Source of the DNA: Rhizobacter sp.
GTDB taxonomy: Bacteria > Pseudomonadota > Gammaproteobacteria > Burkholderiales > Burkholderiaceae_C
Strand: one strand, 5' to 3'
Length of the DNA: 24,000 nt
NCBI GenBank assembly: GCA_046595475.1
Contig: JBKJOQ010000059.1
The first letter of the stretch is position 1; each line of letters opens with the position of its first letter. This document shows positions 8,734 through 14,305 of the stretch, in pieces. A model generated the notes under the pieces. It saw only the letters and a list, made by a program, of their open reading frames with translations. It was not told the DNA's origin and ran no database searches. The translations under genes and the position numbers were made by a program.

Positions 8734-9654
8734 ATGATGCGCAGTACCCGCTCCTTGTCAGCGCATGCCCTGTGCGCGCTCACCTTGCTGGCCAGCGCCG
8801 CCTGCCACGCCGGCGGCCTGCAGCCGCTGAACGACGCCGAGCTGTCGGCCGTGAGCGGTGCCGACGGCCTGGCCTTCAACCTGCGCGGCTTCTCGCTCTC
8901 GGGCCCGATCACGTTGACCTACACCATGCCCGGCCCGGCAGGCAATTCGCTGTGGCTCTCAGACTTCGCGCTGTCGCGCAGCGACGACCTGGCCACCACC
9001 TTCAGCGACCCCTACCGCCTGCAAGTGCTGGCGCGCGGCAACGGCCTCGCCGATGTGATCCGCCTGAGCGAACCAGAGAACGCCAACGGCTTGCTCAAGT
9101 GGCAGTTCGCTGCCGACTGGGGCGTCAACGCCGATGGCATGAGCTTTCATGGCGGTGCGCTGGTGGTGCAAGACCTGGTCACCCGCGGCGGCAGCCTGAC
9201 GCTGACCACCCCCGCGGCCGCTGACGTGGAAGGCATTGCCTTCGGCGCCGCCCTGCGCATCGACATTGCCAACCTGATGCTGCGCCCGCGCGGCCGTGAC
9301 GACACCAGCAACCCCGACCCGGCCACTGTGAGCGAGCAATGGCGCTTGTCGGGCATACACCTCGGCGCGGCCTCCAGCAGCGGCGTGCTGCTGGGCTCGC
9401 CGTGGGCGATTGCCGATGCCACCACCCAGCCGGGCATCGTCAACGCCGTGACCGATGCCAGTGGCAACTCGAACCTGCACATCGGCATCGACTGGCCCAC
9501 CAACGGCAACAGCGCAGCCATCGGCGGCCTGCTGATCGACAACATCACGTTCAAGAGCAGCACCCTGCCCGGCGGCATGCTCGATCTGGGCTCGAGCCGC
9601 GTTGGCACGATGCAGATCCAGTACCTAGACGTGAAGCTCAGGGCGGGGTTCTAA
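8734..9654 (+). CDS. Secreted leader-motif protein P3 (306 aa) with an OMP-like C-terminus
   Basis: Signal MMRSTRSLSAHALCALTLLASAACHA, then GGLQP-LNDAELSAVSGADG. Ends in ...QIQYLDVKLRAGF (alternating hydrophobic residues, terminal Phe). Only 2 nt after the P2 stop. Confidence 0.75.
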   Translation: MMRSTRSLSAHALCALTLLASAACHAGGLQPLNDAELSAVSGADGLAFNLRGFSLSGPITLTYTMPGPAGNSLWLSDFALSRSDDLATTFSDPYRLQVLARGNGLADVIRLSEPENANGLLKWQFAADWGVNADGMSFHGGALVVQDLVTRGGSLTLTTPAAADVEGIAFGAALRIDIANLMLRPRGRDDTSNPDPATVSEQWRLSGIHLGAASSSGVLLGSPWAIADATTQPGIVNAVTDASGNSNLHIGIDWPTNGNSAAIGGLLIDNITFKSSTLPGGMLDLGSSRVGTMQIQYLDVKLRAGF

Positions 9655-9655
9655 C

Positions 9656-10120
9656 GTGCGTGCCTTTTTCCCCCTGTTGCTGCTGGTACCGATGCTGGCC
9701 TGCGCCAACCCGGTGGCCTTGAGCGACGAAGAACTGTCTGGCGTCTGCGGTCAAGACGGCATCGGCCTGGCCATACACCTGGAACTGAATTCGGCGCTGA
9801 TCGCAAGCGGCGTCTTGAACAGCAGCCTCACCGCCGGCTTCAAGGTCAACGGAACGACCACCTATGCCGTGGTGCAAAACCTCGGCGGTGTGCTCGACCT
9901 GATCGGCCTCACGCTCAACATCCACACCCGCAGCGACGGCGGCGGCGATTACATCGACCTGGGGCTGCCCAGCTTCGTTGGCTTCAAGCAGTTCGGGTTT
10001 CGCGCCCTGGGCGCGCAGACCGACCCCAGCGCCGCGATTGCACCGAGCGGCAGCTACGGCCAGGTGCTTCTCAACGGCACGGGCACGATGACCGGCCACC
10101 TCTTGATCTGGGCGCAATAG
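9656..10120 (+). CDS. Secreted leader-motif protein P4 (154 aa)
   Basis: GTG start 1 nt after the P3 stop. Signal MRAFFPLLLLVPMLACA, then NPVA-LSDEELSGVCGQDG. The C-terminus GQVLLNGTGTMTGHLLIWAQ aligns with the P1 C-terminus [20 protein letters not shown]. Confidence 0.75.
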   Translation: MRAFFPLLLLVPMLACANPVALSDEELSGVCGQDGIGLAIHLELNSALIASGVLNSSLTAGFKVNGTTTYAVVQNLGGVLDLIGLTLNIHTRSDGGGDYIDLGLPSFVGFKQFGFRALGAQTDPSAAIAPSGSYGQVLLNGTGTMTGHLLIWAQ

Positions 10121-10138
10121 CGCCGACTAAGGCACAGC

Positions 10139-10903
10139 ATGTGGATGATCCTGCTCGGCGTGGCCGCCGTGTTGATCAGCGGTGCGGGCATCAGCTCGCA
10201 AACACCGCCTCAACCGCAACCCAAAGACAAGTTCGAGCTGCCGATGGCACGCGTGGGCGGCGGCCCCGCGCCCGACACCGTGGCCATCGTTCCGTACTCG
10301 GAATTCAAGTACCAGAACATCGTTCGCCAAGCCTACGACTACAGCTGCGGCTCGGCCGCGCTGGTGACCGTGATGAAAAGCTACCTCGGCGTTCAAGTCT
10401 CCGAGGAGCAGGCCATGGAAGGCATGCTGGCCCACGGTGAGCGCGAGAACATCGTGACGCGGCGCGGCTTCTCGCTGCTCGACATGAAGCGCTACCTCGC
10501 CACGCTGGAGATCAGCTCAGCGGGCTTTCGCGCCGAGATGTCCGACCTGGCCACGCTGAAGGAGCCCGGCATCGTGCCGATCGAGTACGCCGGCTTCAAG
10601 CACTTCGTCGTGTTCCGCGGCCTGCGCGACGGGCGCGTGTACCTGGCCGATCCGTCCATGGGCCACATCACCTTCCCGGCGGAAGAGTTCGCCAAGCTGT
10701 GGGACCGCAACACCCTGTTCGTGCTGTACCCGGCCAAGAACAACCCCGTCACCCTCAGCAAGCTTGCGCTGACCGACCGCGAGCTGGGTGTGATCGACGG
10801 CGACCTGGTTCGCACTGAAGCCATCTTCCCCCAACTCGACCGGACCGAAGCCCTGCGCAGCGCAGTGCAATCGGGGCTCGGCACCTTCAACTTGCGAAAA
10901 TGA
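10139..10903 (+). CDS. Stand-alone C39-family (bacteriocin-processing type) cysteine peptidase, signal-anchored/periplasmic
   Basis: N-terminal hydrophobic segment MWMILLGVAAVLISGAG. The block RQAYDYSCGSAALVTVMKSY has Gln 6 residues before the catalytic Cys (codon 10346-10348). Downstream are FKHFVVFRG (His) and YLADPS (Asp). AAGG RBS. The stop overlaps the next start (ATGA). Confidence 0.85.
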   Translation: MWMILLGVAAVLISGAGISSQTPPQPQPKDKFELPMARVGGGPAPDTVAIVPYSEFKYQNIVRQAYDYSCGSAALVTVMKSYLGVQVSEEQAMEGMLAHGERENIVTRRGFSLLDMKRYLATLEISSAGFRAEMSDLATLKEPGIVPIEYAGFKHFVVFRGLRDGRVYLADPSMGHITFPAEEFAKLWDRNTLFVLYPAKNNPVTLSKLALTDRELGVIDGDLVRTEAIFPQLDRTEALRSAVQSGLGTFNLRK

Positions 10904-11949
10904 AAGCAGCCCTCTTCATCCCCCTCCTGCTGCTCTGCAGCGCGGTCACCGCCCAGACCACCGCTCCCGCACCAGACACGCCAGCCGCGCCGGCCACGCC
11001 TGCCTCGGCCCCCGCCACAGCCGACGCCGCACGCGGCGCCCTCGCCAAGAAAGAAGGCGACTTCGACCAGGCCAAGCTGCTGAAAGAAACGCTCACCGCC
11101 TCCGACAAGCAGTACTCACTGCTCAAGACGGGCAAATACGCCGTCACCTACGACCTCACCTACTCGTACATCGGCCAGCAGCAGATCCAGGCCGCGTTTA
11201 CCGACTCGCTGCTCACGCTGTTCGACATCCAGAACACGCGCTCGCACACCGTCACCAACACCGTGTCGACCGACTACGGTGTGAAAGACAACTTCACTGC
11301 GAACGTGACGCTGCCCTTCGTGAGCAAGTATTCGCAGTCCGAGGCCTTCACCGGCTTGTCCAGCGCGTTTGGCGACATCTCAATCGGCGCGCGCTTCCAG
11401 CCCTTCTCGCTCAGGCGCGATCTGCCCACGTTCACCGTCACCGGCGGGCTGCGCCTGCCCACCGGCCGCAGCCCCTTCAAGACCATCGACGGCCAGGGCC
11501 TGGCCACCGGCGCCGGCTACACCTCGGCCACGGTGGGCATGAACGTGTCGCAGGTGGTCGACCCCGTCGCGCTGTTCGGCTCGCTCAACCTCACGCTCGG
11601 CAAGAGCGCCAAAGGCCTGAGCCAAACGCGTGCCGGCAAAACCCTGACCGAAGTGCACCCCGGTGACAGCATCGGCTTCGGCTTCGGCATGGCCTACGCC
11701 ATGTCGTACAACATCTCGACCACGGTGGCGTTCCAGGAGTCGGTCTCCGCACGCAGCCGGCTCTTCCTGCGCGACAGCAATGGCGTGGACTCTGACGTCA
11801 AGACCGCCCCGCAGACCTCGGCCATGCTCAACCTGGGTCTGGGCGTGCGGGTCTCGCCTCTCACCACGATCAACTTCACCGTGGGCATAGGCCTGAGCAA
11901 CGACAGCCCCGACTTCACCCTCGGCATGAACATGCCGCTGCATTTCTGA
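10900..11949 (+). CDS. Outer-membrane beta-barrel protein (resembles the MetA-pathway/phenol-degradation 'transporter' OMP family) with an N-terminal PT/A linker and charged helix
   Basis: Signal MKAALFIPLLLLCSAVTA. It is followed by a low-complexity stretch, QTTAPAPDTPAAPATPASAPATADA, and a charged segment, ALAKKEGDFDQAKLLKETL. The rest shows alternating beta-strand patterns and ends ...FTLGMNMPLHF (terminal Phe). Family assignment is from pattern memory, not a search. Confidence 0.72.
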   Translation: MKAALFIPLLLLCSAVTAQTTAPAPDTPAAPATPASAPATADAARGALAKKEGDFDQAKLLKETLTASDKQYSLLKTGKYAVTYDLTYSYIGQQQIQAAFTDSLLTLFDIQNTRSHTVTNTVSTDYGVKDNFTANVTLPFVSKYSQSEAFTGLSSAFGDISIGARFQPFSLRRDLPTFTVTGGLRLPTGRSPFKTIDGQGLATGAGYTSATVGMNVSQVVDPVALFGSLNLTLGKSAKGLSQTRAGKTLTEVHPGDSIGFGFGMAYAMSYNISTTVAFQESVSARSRLFLRDSNGVDSDVKTAPQTSAMLNLGLGVRVSPLTTINFTVGIGLSNDSPDFTLGMNMPLHF

Positions 11950-11959
11950 GCGCAGCGCC

Positions 11960-13591
11960 GTGATCTCGAAAGCGCCTAGCCCGCGCGCGGGCCGCAGGGC
12001 CCTGGCGGCCTGCGCCGCGGCCGCCTCGGTCGTGGCGGCACTGCCGGCACGCGCCGCCTTCATCGAAACCATCGGCACGAGCCCGGTCGCCATGTCGCTC
12101 GGCAACGCTGTGACGGCCGACCCGCCCGGCCTCGACGCCATCCACTTCAACCCGGCCGGCCTGACGCACATCAAGGGCAACACGCGGCAAGACACCATCT
12201 TCGGCGCGTCGACCAAGCCTTACGCCCACTTCACGCAGCCCGCTGGCTTCGACATCGGAGGCTTTAAAGACGACCCGCTGGCCAACACCTCGACCGGCCC
12301 GGTGCGCCAGGCCATCTACCTGCCCATCGTCGGCCCGCCCAAGGCGCGCCTGCCCTTCGGGCTTGCCGCCGGCTTGGGCTTTGCTTACCACGAAGAAGGC
12401 TCGCCCTGGACCTTCGCCACCGCCACCTATCTGCCGCAAGCCGTGGGCTTTGACCGCAGCCGCGACCCGAACGACCCCGGCCGCTACGACGGGCGCCGTG
12501 TCGTGATCCAGCGCCTGGTCTACCTTTCGCCCTCGATCGGCTACAAGGCTTCGGACACCTTGAGCCTGGGCATTGCAGTGCCCATCGCGCACCAAGGCTT
12601 TGCGCTCAACACCGACATGCGCTTCCCCAACAAGCTGCTGGGCGTCATCGGCAAGCTGCAAGACGCCTGGTGCGGCGACAACAGCAACCCACTCGACGCG
12701 TTCGCCTTCGGCCTGTGCGACGGTGGCAACAAGGCCGGCCACCTGCGCCCGTTCGAAAAAGCCGGCAGCATGGAATTCGAGATGACCTCGCCCGCCGACC
12801 CGACGCTCAACCTCGGTGTGCTGTGGGAGCCCAAGAGTTGGTTTGGCATGGGTGCCGTGTACCAGTCGGGCTCCAAGACCGTACTCACCGGGCGCTACAG
12901 CTTTCAGTCGGAAGAGATGTTCCGCAGCTTCGTGCATGGCATGTACAGCAGCCTGCTCGGGCCAGTGGTGGCCTCGACCTTCGGCTTCCCGACCTCAATC
13001 CCGCCCATTCAAAGCGGCAACGCCACGCTGATCATGCCGCTGCCCGAGCACATTCAGGTGGGCATCAAGTTCAAGCCCTTCGAGCGCGTGCAGATCAACT
13101 TCGACGCCAACTGGACGCACTGGAAAGACTGGGACAAGCTCACCTTCCAGTTCGACCAGCCGGTGGCCCTGCTGGAGATGGCGCGCATTTTCGGCCAGAC
13201 CGATTCATCCCGACTCGTCATTCCGCGCGGCTACAAGAGCACCATCCACTACGGTGTGGGCCTGCAAGTGCGCGTGACCGATTCGCTCATGCTGCGCGCC
13301 GGCTACGAGCCGCGCAAGGCCTCGGTGACAAACTCGGTGCTGGACCTCATCGCCCCGCTACCCGACGTCACCATCAAGAGCCTCGGGGTCGGCATTCGAA
13401 CCCACGACGGCCTGCAAATCGACCTGGGCGCAAGCTACGCCAGCGGCAAGTTCAACATCCCTGCCGAGGGCAGCTGCAACTTGAATTGCAGCAACTTCTT
13501 CAACGCCGTTTACAACCCCTATGCCGGCCTCGACGTGAGCGGTGGCATCCGCATCCGCTACTACGGCATCACCCTGTCCAAGCCATTCTGA
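11960..13591 (+). CDS. Outer-membrane transport protein, OMPP1/FadL/TodX-like (543 aa)
   Basis: GTG start. Signal ...AASVVAALPARA. The N-terminal block GTSPVAMSLGNAVTADPPGLDAIHFNPAGLTHI is typical of the FadL family. Ends in IRIRYYGITLSKPF. Longer than the typical roughly 430-aa FadL. Confidence 0.8.
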   Translation: MISKAPSPRAGRRALAACAAAASVVAALPARAAFIETIGTSPVAMSLGNAVTADPPGLDAIHFNPAGLTHIKGNTRQDTIFGASTKPYAHFTQPAGFDIGGFKDDPLANTSTGPVRQAIYLPIVGPPKARLPFGLAAGLGFAYHEEGSPWTFATATYLPQAVGFDRSRDPNDPGRYDGRRVVIQRLVYLSPSIGYKASDTLSLGIAVPIAHQGFALNTDMRFPNKLLGVIGKLQDAWCGDNSNPLDAFAFGLCDGGNKAGHLRPFEKAGSMEFEMTSPADPTLNLGVLWEPKSWFGMGAVYQSGSKTVLTGRYSFQSEEMFRSFVHGMYSSLLGPVVASTFGFPTSIPPIQSGNATLIMPLPEHIQVGIKFKPFERVQINFDANWTHWKDWDKLTFQFDQPVALLEMARIFGQTDSSRLVIPRGYKSTIHYGVGLQVRVTDSLMLRAGYEPRKASVTNSVLDLIAPLPDVTIKSLGVGIRTHDGLQIDLGASYASGKFNIPAEGSCNLNCSNFFNAVYNPYAGLDVSGGIRIRYYGITLSKPF

Positions 13592-13597
13592 TCTGCC

Positions 13598-14161
13598 ATG
13601 AAAACTCTGATCACACGCACCATGGTTCACGCCACCCTGGCCTTCACGCTGCTCGCCTGGGGCAACGCGGCCTTGGCGCAACAGGCCGCCACCGACGAAA
13701 AGCAAAAGCTGGTGCAGCGCGTGCTCACGCTGTGGCACATCGAAGACACCGCTGTGGTCATGGTGCAGCGGCCCGCGCTTGACGCCATGCAGCAGGCACG
13801 CATCGCTTTGCAAGGGCGCGTGGGCGCGGCCAAGCAAGAGGCCACGCTGAAAGACATCGCCACCGACCTGCAGAAATACATCGACGAAGCGACGCCCATC
13901 GTGAAAGAAAACGCCAAGCGCGTGAAGGCTCCCACGCTCACCCCGCTGCTGATGCAGAACTTCAATGAAGAAGAGCTGCGCCAGCTGATCGCTTTGCTCG
14001 AATCACCGGTGAAGAAGAAGTTCGAGCAGTTGGTGCCGCAATTTGAGCGTGCCTTCGGCGAGAAGGTCGCAGCCGATGCCCACGCCGCGATCGACCCCAA
14101 GCTGCAAGAGATGACCAAAGCGGTGGGCTTGAAGCTTCGCGCGGCTTCTATGACTCCTTGA
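13598..14161 (+). CDS. Periplasmic DUF2059-like protein
   Basis: Signal MKTLITRTMVHATLAFTLLAWGNAALA. The mature part is all-helical and K/E/Q-rich, with the block FNEEELRQLIALLESPVKKKFEQL that matches my recollection of DUF2059 (F..eEl..l..Fy.sp.g.k). 6 nt after the FadL-like stop. Confidence 0.65.
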   Translation: MKTLITRTMVHATLAFTLLAWGNAALAQQAATDEKQKLVQRVLTLWHIEDTAVVMVQRPALDAMQQARIALQGRVGAAKQEATLKDIATDLQKYIDEATPIVKENAKRVKAPTLTPLLMQNFNEEELRQLIALLESPVKKKFEQLVPQFERAFGEKVAADAHAAIDPKLQEMTKAVGLKLRAASMTP

Positions 14162-14197
14162 CGTAACCCATGACGTGACCCCATACGGTTCGTTCAG

Positions 14198-14259
14198 CTC
14201 CGTTCGGCCTGAGGTATCGAAGGCCAGCGCCGGGCTTCGATACCTCAGCCCGAACGGAG
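14198..14259. repeat. 62-nt near-perfect inverted repeat (25-bp arms, 1 mismatch, 12-nt loop)
   Basis: CTCCGTTCGGCCTGAGGTATCGAAG (14198-14222) pairs with CTTCGATACCTCAGCCCGAACGGAG (14235-14259). No U-tract follows. It lies in the only sizeable gap (144 nt) within the distal part of the cluster. Confidence 0.8.
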
Positions 14260-14305
14260 ATGGGGGGCTGTTGGGCTTAGACGACCAGCCTTGTGACCTG
14301 ACCCT

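Noticed and set aside
7237-10903. Interpretation as a classical class II bacteriocin/microcin locus
   Set aside because: The motif-bearing proteins are 136-306 aa and have Sec signal peptides. There is no PCAT/ABC exporter, accessory HlyD-type protein or immunity gene. The peptidase is predicted to be periplasmic.
11380-12937. 278-aa and 340-aa minus-strand ORFs (11380-12216, 11915-12937)
   Set aside because: Antisense to the two OM-barrel genes. Arg/Gly/Ala/His-rich, with no signal peptides or motifs. The plus-strand genes show signal peptides, beta-strand periodicity and terminal Phe.
7237-13591. Interpretation as a bona fide Fap (fapABCDEF) amyloid operon
   Set aside because: The gene order and number differ. 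The subunits lack the FapB/FapC-type imperfect repeat architecture that I recall, and two different barrel families are present. Only the organisational logic is shared.
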